A DNA stretch of 64,000 nucleotides from an uncultured Gemmatimonadales bacterium. GTDB lineage: Bacteria > Gemmatimonadota > Gemmatimonadetes > Gemmatimonadales > Gemmatimonadaceae. Made by a program: the position numbers and the translations under genes. The notes beneath the pieces are model-generated. The model did not search any database. It was not told where the DNA came from and saw only the letters and a list, made by a program, of their open reading frames with translations. The stretch covers positions 32,001-96,000 of the forward strand of contig OY969695.1 of NCBI GenBank assembly GCA_963701965.1, given 5' to 3'. Below are positions 43,884 through 53,417 of the stretch, one piece after another. Within the stretch, counting starts at the first letter, position 1; every line of letters starts with the position of its first letter.

Positions 43884-44408
43884 TTATTTGCGGACGGCGG
43901 CTTCTGCCGAGGTCGCCAGCCTCAGGTGCTCTCGCAGCGTCGGCAGAGTCTTCGCCGCGAATGCCTTGAGGTCGGCGTCCTGGCCCGACGAGGCTTCCCT
44001 TTCGAACTCGGCGATGTCCTTCTTGTGGCCAGTGACCATGTGCGTCATGTAGGCGCGGTCGAAGTCGGCGGCCGAGAGCTTGTCGAGCATGTCCATCTCG
44101 CGCTTGTCTTCGGCGCTCGGCGCCTGGGGCAGTGTCAGGCCTTTGCTGACAGCGATCTGCTTCAGCTCGTCACCGGCCTTCGCGTGATCCTGCGCCATGC
44201 GTGCACCGAACTGCTTCACTTGGCTGTTCATGCCTTTCTGTTCCGCCATGCGGCCCGACTGGACTTCTGCCACACCGCCCATCGCCGCCTTTTCCGCGAA
44301 TGCCCGATCGGTGGCCGGAACCGCGGTCTCGGCTCCGGCGAGGGCCGCAATTGCTAGCGCGGCCGCGGCCAAGGGGAAGCGAAGTCGTGCAATGCGGCGA
44401 GCTGACAT
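43884..44408 (-). CDS. DUF4142 family protein
   Basis: DRAFAEKAA, VKQFG.RM..DH, FDRAYM..MV..H, TLPTL.EHL. Confidence 0.92.
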   Translation of the reverse strand: MSARRIARLRFPLAAAALAIAALAGAETAVPATDRAFAEKAAMGGVAEVQSGRMAEQKGMNSQVKQFGARMAQDHAKAGDELKQIAVSKGLTLPQAPSAEDKREMDMLDKLSAADFDRAYMTHMVTGHKKDIAEFEREASSGQDADLKAFAAKTLPTLREHLRLATSAEAAVRK

Positions 44409-44442
44409 GTCGTTCTCCGGGTGATGGGATGTGCCCTGGTCG

Positions 44443-44457
44443 GCAACCGACGTGCCA
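44443..44457 (-). promoter_or_regulatory. sigma54 -24/-12 promoter
   Basis: TGGCACGTCGGTTGC is a perfect TGGCAC-N5-TTGC match. Confidence 0.75.
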
Positions 44458-44489
44458 TCGGACCGTGACGTGGCGCTGTTTTCGCGGGC

Positions 44490-45629
44490 TCAGGTGCCCG
44501 GCTTCAGGACGACCTTGGTCCAGCCCTTCTTGCGCTGGTCGAAGTTCTCATAGGCGTCGGCCGCTTTCTCGAGCGGCAGTTCGTGCGAAACGATCCACGA
44601 CGGCTTGACCTTGTCCTTCTCGATCAGCCTGCTGAGAAGCCGGTTGTAGGCTTTGACGTTGGCCTGCCCGGTTCCCATGCTCTGGCCCTTGAACCAGAAA
44701 GCGCCGAAGTCGAACGCCAGCTGGCCGCGCTTCTCCAGCCTGTCCTTCGCGTTCGGGTCTTCGGGAACGAACACGCCGACAACGCCGATCCGGCCGGTGG
44801 CCTTCACGGTCGCGACCAGGTTGTTCATGGTCAGGTTGGGCACCTCTTCGCGATGCATGTTGCAGCACTGGTAGCCAACGCACTCGCAGCCGCGGTCGGC
44901 GCCTTTGCCGCCGGTCAGCTCCATGATCTTTTCGACCCCGTCGCCCTCGGTGTCGTCGATGGCGATCGCGCCGGCCTTTTCCGCCAGCGCCAGACGATCC
45001 TTGTGGGTGTCGACGACCATCACCTGGCTCGCTCCCTTGATAGCCGAAGACATCGCCGCCATCAGGCCGACCGGCCCGGCGCCGTAGATCACGACGCTTT
45101 CGCCGGGCTGCACCCCCGCAAGCTCGGTGGCGTGGTAGCCGGTCGGAAAGATGTCGGCCAGCATGACGTAGTCGCTTTCTTTTTCCTCGGCGTCCCGTGG
45201 CAGGACCAGGCAATTGAAATCGCCGTAGGGCACGCGCAGGAACTCAGCCTGGCCGCCGCTGTACGGGCCCATGCCGGCGAAACCGTAGGCCGCGCCCGCC
45301 ATCCCCGGATTGCAGGTGAGACAGAAGCCGCTCAAGCCTTTCTCGCAGTTTTCGCAGAAGCCGCAGCCGACGTTGAACGGCAGGCAGACCCGGTCGCCGA
45401 CCTTGACACGATCGACGGCGGGGCCGACCTCGATGACGACGCCCAAGTTTTCGTGGCCGAGGATGCGGCCCGGCTCCATGTCGGTCCTTCCCTCGTACAT
45501 GTGCAGGTCCGAGCCGCAGATGTTGGTGCTGGTGATCTGCACCAGAACGTCGGTCGCGCGCTCGATCGCCGCGTCAGGCATGTTCTGGACCGCGACGTTG
45601 CGCGGTCCGTTGTAGACGAGCGCTCTCAT
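44490..45629 (-). CDS. glutathione-independent formaldehyde dehydrogenase family, Zn-dependent
   Basis: ICGSDLHMY, GHE, CGFCENC, LADIFPTGYH, GAGPVG. Confidence 0.9.
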   Translation of the reverse strand: MRALVYNGPRNVAVQNMPDAAIERATDVLVQITSTNICGSDLHMYEGRTDMEPGRILGHENLGVVIEVGPAVDRVKVGDRVCLPFNVGCGFCENCEKGLSGFCLTCNPGMAGAAYGFAGMGPYSGGQAEFLRVPYGDFNCLVLPRDAEEKESDYVMLADIFPTGYHATELAGVQPGESVVIYGAGPVGLMAAMSSAIKGASQVMVVDTHKDRLALAEKAGAIAIDDTEGDGVEKIMELTGGKGADRGCECVGYQCCNMHREEVPNLTMNNLVATVKATGRIGVVGVFVPEDPNAKDRLEKRGQLAFDFGAFWFKGQSMGTGQANVKAYNRLLSRLIEKDKVKPSWIVSHELPLEKAADAYENFDQRKKGWTKVVLKPGT

Positions 45630-46117
45630 GCTTTCTCCTTGGCCGGCTTAGGCGAAGCGGCCATCAGTTGCTTCTTGCGTTGGTAGAGCGGCGCGGCCAG
45701 CGCGCGCAGATCGAGCGGCGCCTGCATCGCCTGGAGAAACATCTGCTCCCGCTCTTCGAGCACGTGCGTGTCGATGAGCTTGGCAAGCCGCTTCACGGCG
45801 ACGTCGAAGTTGTCGGACGTCGCCTTCATGCCCCGTATTTGGGCGATGACTTCCTTCGCTTCGGAGTGCTCGTGGAGGGAGTCATCCATGAGCGCGTCGT
45901 CGCCGATGGCCTTGCGCACCGCCGGATAAAAGATTTCTTCCTCGATCTGGGTGTGGACGGTCAGCGCCTGGCAGATGCGCTCGGCGAGGAGGCGTCTGGC
46001 CGCGGCCGGCGCGTCTTCTTCGGCAAGCGCGCCGTAGTCGATGAACATCTTCTTGACGGCCTTGTGGTCGGCGTCGAGAAGGTCGACTGCGTTTTCGAAC
46101 GGTGTGTTGTCTTTCAT
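45626..46117 (-). CDS. hemerythrin-domain protein
   Basis: LLDADH, HTQIEEEIFYP, HVLEERE. Confidence 0.9.
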   Translation of the reverse strand: MKDNTPFENAVDLLDADHKAVKKMFIDYGALAEEDAPAAARRLLAERICQALTVHTQIEEEIFYPAVRKAIGDDALMDDSLHEHSEAKEVIAQIRGMKATSDNFDVAVKRLAKLIDTHVLEEREQMFLQAMQAPLDLRALAAPLYQRKKQLMAASPKPAKEKA

Positions 46118-46159
46118 GGGGTCCTTGGGTCGCGTCTGGCTGACGCACTCGCTTGGTCG

Positions 46160-46174
46160 GCAAGCGGTGTGCCG
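46160..46174 (-). promoter_or_regulatory. sigma54 -24/-12 promoter
   Basis: CGGCACACCGCTTGC upstream of the hemerythrin-fdh operon. Confidence 0.7.
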
Positions 46175-46254
46175 ATGGAACCGCGCCGCGGATCCGAACC
46201 GTTGGACGACGACTGCGCTGTTGCTCGGGCTCGACCCGTCAGGCCCGAGCTACG

Positions 46255-46336
46255 TTACGCCGGTAGCGGCGGCAGGCGATCGAGCAGCTTGTCGAGGGTG
46301 ATCGGGTAGTCGCGCACCCGCACACCGGTGGCGTTG
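46255..46336 (-). pseudogene. 3' tail of a PaoC/YagR-like molybdopterin subunit
   Basis: NATGVRVRDYPITLDKLL. Confidence 0.7.
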
Positions 46337-46401
46337 CCGGCAAGGTCATGGTTGACGAAGAAGCCGCGGCGCTTGTCGATCGCCAAAGTGATCGCAAATC
46401 C

Positions 46402-46734
46402 ATGGCTGACCTGCTCGACGAGATGCGTCAATGCCGATCGGTACGGGCGTGCATCGAGCTTGCCCTTACTGATGCCTACGGCGAAGAGGAACAGGCCACG
46501 GCCTGGCTGACCTGCATCGAAACGATGTTCGGCCAGTGCAAGCAAGTCCGGCTGATGGGCAACGACGTGGCGCTCGTCGGCTTCGACCTGCGCCATCATG
46601 ACGTCGTTGCCGTGTGTCAGCAGGGCAAGCGCAGAGCGCGCGTGACCCTGCACTCCATCGAGTTCCCTGAACTCACCCCGAGCGAGCAGCTTTGGATGAA
46701 GGCTTGGCAACGGTTCTCGGCAAGGAACGCCTGA
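46402..46734 (+). CDS. hypothetical protein (CcbP calcium-binding-like family)
   Basis: DAYGEEEQ..AW motif. Confidence 0.6.
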   Translation: MADLLDEMRQCRSVRACIELALTDAYGEEEQATAWLTCIETMFGQCKQVRLMGNDVALVGFDLRHHDVVAVCQQGKRRARVTLHSIEFPELTPSEQLWMKAWQRFSARNA

Positions 46735-46993
46735 TCAGTTGCTCAGCTTCGGCTCCGTCCGGCAAGATGGCGCCGCCAGACGCTTACCTCGCTACTACCG
46801 AGGACCTCAATGTTAGCGGTGAGGCCGCTTGTTCGGTCGGACAGCAACAGTGGGTGGGTATGCCCGCGTCGGGCCGCTGTCGGCCCACAGGCTGTCATTC
46901 GCACTTGAGCAGGATTCGGCTCGACGATCCCTTGTGACGCAGGGCGAACCGCGACCGCACGTAACGCTTGGTCAAAACAGGCGGTGCTTGGGC

Positions 46994-47288
46994 TCAGGAT
47001 CGCTTGGGGCGCCGCACGACGGAGCCGAGCACGCCCAGACCCGCCAGAATCAGTGCATAGCTCGACGGCTCGGGAATCGCCGCGACGCCACCGTCGACGA
47101 AGTCAAGAGCCGCATCGGCGGTCGCCACCGCGACGCCATAGTTGACGGGGCCTGGTGCGCCCCCGCTGAAATTGCCGTTGCTCCAGAAATCGACCACCTT
47201 GCCGCCGCCGATGTTGAACATCAGACCGTGGATGTCCAGAAATCCGCCGTGGAAGGGATAGTCCGAAGCGGTTTTTCGCCAGGATATT
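46994..47288 (-). pseudogene. 3' fragment of a PEP-CTERM gene
   Basis: IPEPSSYALILAGLGVLGSVVRR; 5' part replaced by an IS110 remnant. Confidence 0.85.
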
Positions 47289-47890
47289 GCTGAACCTCGC
47301 GCTGGCGCGCCACGGCGCGAACCACGCAGACTTCGCCGTCGGGGCGCCAAGCCGCGCGCAGCAGCCCCAGGCTCATGAGCTTCTGCAGCCACTGGCAGTC
47401 CTGCACGTCGCTCTTGCGACCGGGCACGTACTTCATCTGCCGCGCGTCCACCAAGCCAGACCTTCAGCCCGCGTTGCTCCAGCACCTCGTACACCGGGAT
47501 CCAGTACACCCCCGCGGACTCCAGCGCCACCGTGTCCACGCCGCACGCCAGCAGCCAGTCGGCCAGGGCGTTCAGGTCGTCGGTCATTGCACCGACCTCG
47601 CGCACCGGCTCGCAGCCAGCCTGCTCGGCCAGATACCGCGGCACCGCCACCCGGTGGCTGGATGCACCGATATCGATCCCCGCCGCGTTCGGGAATACCT
47701 CGTCGTCTCGCTTGCGCATTGCCATGGCTTGCTCCACCATCGTTGATGAACGGCAGCGCCATGGGAAGCGTCGAATTCGACTCGATCTCTCAAACGGGAT
47801 GCGGCTCGCGCCGCTCTGATCACGGACCAGGCGACCTGGGTGCAGCGCATGCAGAAAGCGCTGGTGCAGATGAACATCCAGCTCTCCTGA
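47289..47890. mobile_element. IS110-family transposase remnants (N-terminal part on minus strand 47725-47289; further segment on plus strand 47816-47890)
   Basis: AAGIDIG, VALESAGVYW, PGRKSDVQDCQWL; plus-strand LITDQATWVQRMQKALVQMNIQL. Confidence 0.85.
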
Positions 47891-48183
47891 CCGGGAATGT
47901 CCTGTGGTGAGCTTCGGACGCGAGACCCGGGACCGTTTGTTCGCGCGACGCCGATAGCAAGCTCGTCCCGAGGTATGTTGTTTTGCCGGACCGCTCTGAC
48001 GGCGGCTCCTTAGACACCCGGCGTTGTAAACGTCGGGTCGCCTGGCCGAGCGCCCGACTGGCAAGGCCCGGAATGCGCGGTTTCCCGGCGCAAAATCAGG
48101 TGACGCGTCAGGAAGTTCTTGCCCTATCGCAGCGACTCAGGACGCTCCCCACGCGTCGGCATGTCGCTTGCCTCGCCGATGGC

Positions 48184-48621
48184 ATGAGACAAGAATTTGA
48201 AAAGCCAAGGTCCAAAGCTGCTGCGATCGCCTTCGACCTGCTCGATCCGATTCCGTACGGATTCTTCGTCGGCGCGCTCGTCTTTGACGCGATCTATGAG
48301 AGGAGCGCCGAGGTTCTGTGGTTCAAGGCCGCGGCATGGCTGATCGCATTCGGCCTGCTCTTTGCGATTCTGCCGCGCCTGATCAACCTGGTGCGAGTCT
48401 GGCTTCCCGGTGATAGGCGGCGAGCGTCCGCCGATATGGCCCCCTTTTGGCTGAATCTCTCGGCAATCGTGGCTGCGATCCTGAATGCGTTCGTTCACAG
48501 CCGCGACGCTTACGGTGTGATGCCCGAAGGCCTGTGGCTCTCGTGCCTGACCGTCGTCCTGCTCGTGCTTGCGAAAGTCGCTCCAACTCTGCAGCAGACC
48601 ACTGCGAGGCCCCGATCATGA
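48184..48621 (+). CDS. DUF2231-like membrane protein
   Basis: Four hydrophobic segments, NAFVHSRDAY; overlaps the next gene. Confidence 0.75.
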   Translation: MRQEFEKPRSKAAAIAFDLLDPIPYGFFVGALVFDAIYERSAEVLWFKAAAWLIAFGLLFAILPRLINLVRVWLPGDRRRASADMAPFWLNLSAIVAAILNAFVHSRDAYGVMPEGLWLSCLTVVLLVLAKVAPTLQQTTARPRS

Positions 48622-49931
48622 ACAAGAAGACATGGACGACGGGGGCCGCGGTGGCGTGCATGGTCGCCCTGACCGCCTGCGGCGACCGTGCCCAACTCGA
48701 TCCCAGATCGCAGATGGGCAACGAACCGCAGTTGCCGAACCCTCATAACTTCCTCGTGCCGCCGATGCAGGTGCCGAACGGAGTCGGATGGCAGGGCGAC
48801 GCGCATCCTGTTGTTGCCAGCGGCTTAAGCATCGAGAAGATCGCCAGCGGACTGATGCATCCGCGTCAATTGTTGGCGCTGCCTAACGGCGATGTGCTCG
48901 TTGTCGAGTCGAACGGACCAGGCACCGAAGCAGTCACGACACCCAAGCAACTCATCGCCGGATTTATCAAGAACCGTTCCGGCAAGGGCGAAAAGGGCGG
49001 CAACCGGATCACGCTGCTACGCAAGGAGGTCGGAACGGGGAAATGGGAGGCGCACGTCCTGCTCGAGCATCTGCACTCGCCGTTCGGTATCCAGCTGATC
49101 GGCCGTACGCTCTATGTGGCAGACACCGACAAGATCATGAAGTACAGCTACGAGCCGGGCCAGCTTCAGATCTCCGACCCGGGCTCCGAGCTGACGGACC
49201 TGCCGAGCACCGTGAATCACCATTGGACGAAATCCATGGTCGCGAGCGCCGACGGGAAAAAGCTCTACGTCGGCGTGGGATCGAACAGCAACATCACCGA
49301 GAACGGCTTGGAGGTCGAATACCGTCGCGCAGCGGTCCTGGAGGTCGACGTTGCGACTGGAGCCAGTCGGGTGTACGCATCCGGCCTTCGCAATCCGACC
49401 GGGCTTCAGTGGGAGCCACAGACGGGCAAGCTCTGGGCGATCGTCAATGAGCGCGATGAGATCGGAGCAGATTTGGTTCCTGATTACCTCACGTCCGTCA
49501 AGGAGGGAGGGTTCTACGGCTGGCCGTACAGCTACTACGGCCAGCATGTCGACGAGCGCGTCAAGCAGCAAAGGCCTGACCTGGTTGCGAAGGCCATCAA
49601 GCCCGACTACGCCATCGCTTCGCATGTCGCGCCACTCGGGCTGCTCTTCTACACGGGCAGCAACCTGCCCAGTTCCTACCGGGGCGGCGCCTTTATCGGC
49701 GAGCATGGCAGTTGGGACCGGTCTCCCCTGAGCGGCTACAAGGTGAGCTTTGTCCGATTCGTCGACGGTCGACCGACCGGTCCCGTTGAGTCGATCGTCA
49801 CTGGCTTCTATTCCAAGGATGAATCGTCCCTGTATGGCGCTCCGGTGGGGCTCGCGCAGAGTGCGGACGGAGCGCTTCTGATCGCTGACGATGTCGGCAA
49901 TACGGTTTGGTCTGTCACCGCGAGCAAATAA
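48618..49931 (+). CDS. sorbosone dehydrogenase family (PQQ-type) lipoprotein
   Basis: LTAC lipobox, LYVGVGSNSN, GLRNP, NERD, YGWPY. Confidence 0.9.
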   Translation: MNKKTWTTGAAVACMVALTACGDRAQLDPRSQMGNEPQLPNPHNFLVPPMQVPNGVGWQGDAHPVVASGLSIEKIASGLMHPRQLLALPNGDVLVVESNGPGTEAVTTPKQLIAGFIKNRSGKGEKGGNRITLLRKEVGTGKWEAHVLLEHLHSPFGIQLIGRTLYVADTDKIMKYSYEPGQLQISDPGSELTDLPSTVNHHWTKSMVASADGKKLYVGVGSNSNITENGLEVEYRRAAVLEVDVATGASRVYASGLRNPTGLQWEPQTGKLWAIVNERDEIGADLVPDYLTSVKEGGFYGWPYSYYGQHVDERVKQQRPDLVAKAIKPDYAIASHVAPLGLLFYTGSNLPSSYRGGAFIGEHGSWDRSPLSGYKVSFVRFVDGRPTGPVESIVTGFYSKDESSLYGAPVGLAQSADGALLIADDVGNTVWSVTASK

Positions 49932-50102
49932 CGGCGGTCGGTTTCCATGGGATCGAAGCCGCGGCTTCGGCATCACCAAGCAATGGAACATGCGGCTGAC
50001 GACCGAGCGAGACGCCCGGTTGGCGGCGATGAAAGGTTTCGGTGACAAAGTCGCGAACAGGCGATTCGGCAAGTAGAAGCGGCCCGGCGTCAACCCAGTG
50101 CT

Positions 50103-50151
50103 CGCATTCGTAATGCGTAGGTCGGGAGTGCGACTCTTCTCGCCGGCACCA
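50103..50151 (+). mobile_element. att-like copy of the tRNA-Thr 3' 49 nt, inverted relative to the tRNA gene
   Basis: 47/49 identity to the reverse complement of 58871-58919. Confidence 0.9.
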
Positions 50152-50569
50152 TAGGTGAAACCAGGGCCGGCGCACCAACCGCTCGTCGAGCCGCCATGCC
50201 TCATGTAGCCACCATGTAGCCACCGGTACACAAATCGCAGCCCTTTTGCCGCCCCTAAGGCCGGAACCTTTGCGATTCCTGCGAAAACCCGCGCCAGGCC
50301 TCGTTCTTCGGGCCGCGCAAGGCTTTGCAAATGCTGCGAATTTCTGCGAACGGATCTGAATAGCGTTGCTGGCCCTAGTGACGCAGGCCTCGGCATACCC
50401 GCGTTACGTCACCGACCGACGGCTGTACGCGCTCCAGGACGAAGCGCAATCCACGCATAAGGGTGGAAGCCGAGTAAGCCCGCGCCGGGTTGGCACGGGG
50501 CTTGTGGGACAAGTTGATCCGGTAGCTTGCTCGCGCGGCGATCTCTGGCCGCGCGAGCAGCATCGATTC

Positions 50570-50835
50570 AACGATTGCCGGCGACGAGCAACAAATCCGA
50601 TCGCGCCGAGTCCGGCGAGGAGGAGTGCGTAGGACTCAGGCTCTGGCACCGGCGAGGTGAAATTCACCGAGCCGCCGCCCTGCGTGATCTTGAAGCCGCT
50701 CGCAAAGCCACCGGTCACGGGCGAGATCTCCGACGGGCCGTTGATGAAGGACGACATCGCGACGTTGTAAAACGGCGTCGGGTCGAGGAAGAAGGCCCCC
50801 GCCGCCGCGGTCGGAACGAACGAGAGATTCCCGCT
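50570..50835 (-). pseudogene. 3' fragment of a PEP-CTERM gene (possibly PepA-like)
   Basis: FFLDPTPFY...QGGGSVNF..VPEPESYALLLAGLGAIGFVARRR. Confidence 0.8.
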
Positions 50836-51000
50836 CCTTCTCGTGCTCGGACTCGGCACCCGCTGGGCAGCGCTCGCCTTGCTCGGCATGACCCTGGTCA
50901 TCGAGGTCTTCGTCTATCCCGACGCCTGGCCGACGCATCTGTCGTGGGCGGCGCCGCTGTTGCTGCTGGCGGCGCGCGGCGCAGGGAACCTGGTCGCTCG
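50827..51000 (+). pseudogene. 3' fragment of a DoxX family gene
   Basis: [36 protein letters not shown]. Confidence 0.8.
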
Positions 51001-51210
51001 ATCGGGTCCTCAGGCTGCGCTGAAGGGCAAGGGGTTTCCCGGGTCGTACGGTGAGTGGAGCGATGGGGACCTCTTGTCTCCTATAGATTTGTACAAATGT
51101 GTTGCAACGCAACAATGCGGGTCGCGCACGCTTCTTGCCAAAGGCGGTCCAGGACGTCGTCGGCGTCCGCAGATCGCGCTGCTGCGCAGCCAAGGCAAGG
51201 AGACGACATC

Positions 51211-52464
51211 ATGGTCAACGGTATGCCCCTCAGGGCGAAGTCGACAACCGCAGCGCTGATCATCTGCGGGGCCGTGGGCGGCGCAGCCGTCGGCCCGGCG
51301 CAGGCAGCCGATCCCCTGCGCATCGCCGTCATCTCCGAAGCGCAGGCGGTCGCCGGTTCGTCAATCGGGCCGGCGGCCCAGCTTGCCGCCGAAGAGATCA
51401 ATGCCAAAGGCGGCGTCGACGGGCGCAAGATCGAGATCGTCGTCTACGACGACCATTCGTCGTCGGCAGAGGCGGTGCGCGCCTTCCAGCGCGCCGTGAG
51501 CGAAGACAAGGCCAACGCCGTCATCGCCAGCTACATCTCGGAGGTCGTGCTCGCGCTGGAGCCGTGGGCGGCGCGCCTGAAGACCGTGATGATCACGCCC
51601 GGCGCCGCTTCCGACGTGATCACCCAAAACATCGCCAAAGATTACGAGCACAACAAGTACACCTTCCATGGCTACCTCACCTCGAGCGCGCTCGCCGGAC
51701 TGGTGTGCGATGCCGCCAAGGATCTGCTGGTGACGCCGTACAAAATGAAGACCGCGGTGATCGTCAGCGAGGACGCTGCATGGACGACGCCCCTCGATGC
51801 GGGCTACGAAAGCTGCCTGCCCAAGGTGGGCCTGAAGGTGCTCGACCATGTCCGGTTTTCCCCGGACACGACCGACTTCACGCCGATCTTCAACAAGATC
51901 GAGGGCCAGAAGCCGGACGTGATGATCACCGGCATCTCGCACGTCGGCACGCAGCCGACGGTGCAGTGGGCGAGCCAGCAGGTGCCGATCCCGATGTTCG
52001 GCATTTCGTCGCAGGCGACCAACTCGACGTTCTGGAAGGACACCAACGGCGCGACCGAGGGGGTGCTCTTCAATGCCGTGTCCGGGCCGGGCGTGGCGGT
52101 CACGCCCAAGACGCTGCCGTTCGTCGCCGCTTTCCAGAAGAAGTACGGCAACGTCCCAGCCTATTCCGGCTACACGGCGTACGACGAGGTCTACATGATC
52201 GCCGACGCCTTTCATCGCGCCAAGTCGGTCGACAGCGACAAGCTGGTCGAGGCAATGGAGCAGACCGATTACGTCGGCACGATCGGCCGGGTCGCGTTCC
52301 TGCCCAAGGGCGATCCGCACGTCCATGGCCTGCGCACCGGCAGCGGCTACATCACCGGCCTGATGCTGCAATGGCAAGACGGCAAGCAGCTCAACCTGTG
52401 GCCGAGCAACCTCGCCGACGGGAAGCTGCGCTTCCCGGCCTTCGTCAAGGTCGCGTCGCACTGA
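51211..52464 (+). CDS. branched-chain amino acid-type ABC transporter substrate-binding protein
   Basis: [14 protein letters not shown], signal peptide, AGGAG RBS. Confidence 0.92.
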   Translation: MVNGMPLRAKSTTAALIICGAVGGAAVGPAQAADPLRIAVISEAQAVAGSSIGPAAQLAAEEINAKGGVDGRKIEIVVYDDHSSSAEAVRAFQRAVSEDKANAVIASYISEVVLALEPWAARLKTVMITPGAASDVITQNIAKDYEHNKYTFHGYLTSSALAGLVCDAAKDLLVTPYKMKTAVIVSEDAAWTTPLDAGYESCLPKVGLKVLDHVRFSPDTTDFTPIFNKIEGQKPDVMITGISHVGTQPTVQWASQQVPIPMFGISSQATNSTFWKDTNGATEGVLFNAVSGPGVAVTPKTLPFVAAFQKKYGNVPAYSGYTAYDEVYMIADAFHRAKSVDSDKLVEAMEQTDYVGTIGRVAFLPKGDPHVHGLRTGSGYITGLMLQWQDGKQLNLWPSNLADGKLRFPAFVKVASH

Positions 52465-52541
52465 GTTTCGCAGCAAGGGTCGGCGTCGCCGGCCCGCTCT
52501 TCATCACCACCGCCCGAGAGGGATCGGCGGCAGGCTAACGC

Positions 52542-53417
52542 ATGGTCTTCTGGCAGATCCTCATCGACGGTTTCGCCATCAGCGCCCTGTATGCCCTGGG
52601 CGCCACCGGCTTCACGCTCATCTTCGGTGTCTCCGGCGTGCTGAACCTTTCGCACGGCGCCATCATGGTCGGTGCCGCCGTAGCCGCCTGGGCCGCGGCG
52701 GGACTGCTCCACGTCGGCCCCTACGCGGCGGCGGTGATCGGCATCGGCGTCGGCGTGCTGCTGGCCTTCGCTACCTACTTCATCGCCGTGCGGCCGATCC
52801 AGCGGTCGCGGCGGATCGCCGAGTCGGAGCGTGAGATCTTCATCCTGACGGCGACCCTGCTGTGGGGGATCATCATCCAGGAGTTGGTCGCCTGGCTCTT
52901 CACCAACAACGCCAAGACCGTGCTGCCGATCGTCGAGGGCGTCGTCACGGTGCTGGGCGTGCGCACTCCGAGCAACGAGTTCTTCACCGCTGCGATCTGC
53001 TGGATCGTGATCGGACTGCTCTGGCTGCTCGTCAATCGCACCCGTCGCGGCAAGGCGGTCCTGGCGGCGTCGATGAATCCGCGCGGCGTGACGCTGCTCG
53101 GCTACGAGCTTTCCAACATCTACCTCACGGTCTGGGCGGTGTACGGGCTGCTCGCCGGTGTTGCCGGCATCCTGCTCGGCATGTTCCTGGGCGTCAGCTC
53201 ATACAGCGTCGGGCCGCTGACCGCCAGCGCGTTCTCGATCGTCGTCCTTGGCGGCCTGGGCAGCGTGTCCGGATCGTTGATTGCCGCCTACGTTGTCGGC
53301 TACCTCGAAACGATCACTGCCTACACGATCTCGCCGGCGTACCGCACCGTGCCGGCGTTGCTGTTGTTGGTGCTGGTCATGTACGTCCGGCCGCAAGGCC
53401 TGTTCGGCAGGCGATGA
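52542..53417 (+). CDS. ABC transporter permease (LivH-like)
   Basis: GFTLIFGVSGVLNLSHG, VLGGLGS. Confidence 0.92.
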   Translation: MVFWQILIDGFAISALYALGATGFTLIFGVSGVLNLSHGAIMVGAAVAAWAAAGLLHVGPYAAAVIGIGVGVLLAFATYFIAVRPIQRSRRIAESEREIFILTATLLWGIIIQELVAWLFTNNAKTVLPIVEGVVTVLGVRTPSNEFFTAAICWIVIGLLWLLVNRTRRGKAVLAASMNPRGVTLLGYELSNIYLTVWAVYGLLAGVAGILLGMFLGVSSYSVGPLTASAFSIVVLGGLGSVSGSLIAAYVVGYLETITAYTISPAYRTVPALLLLVLVMYVRPQGLFGRR

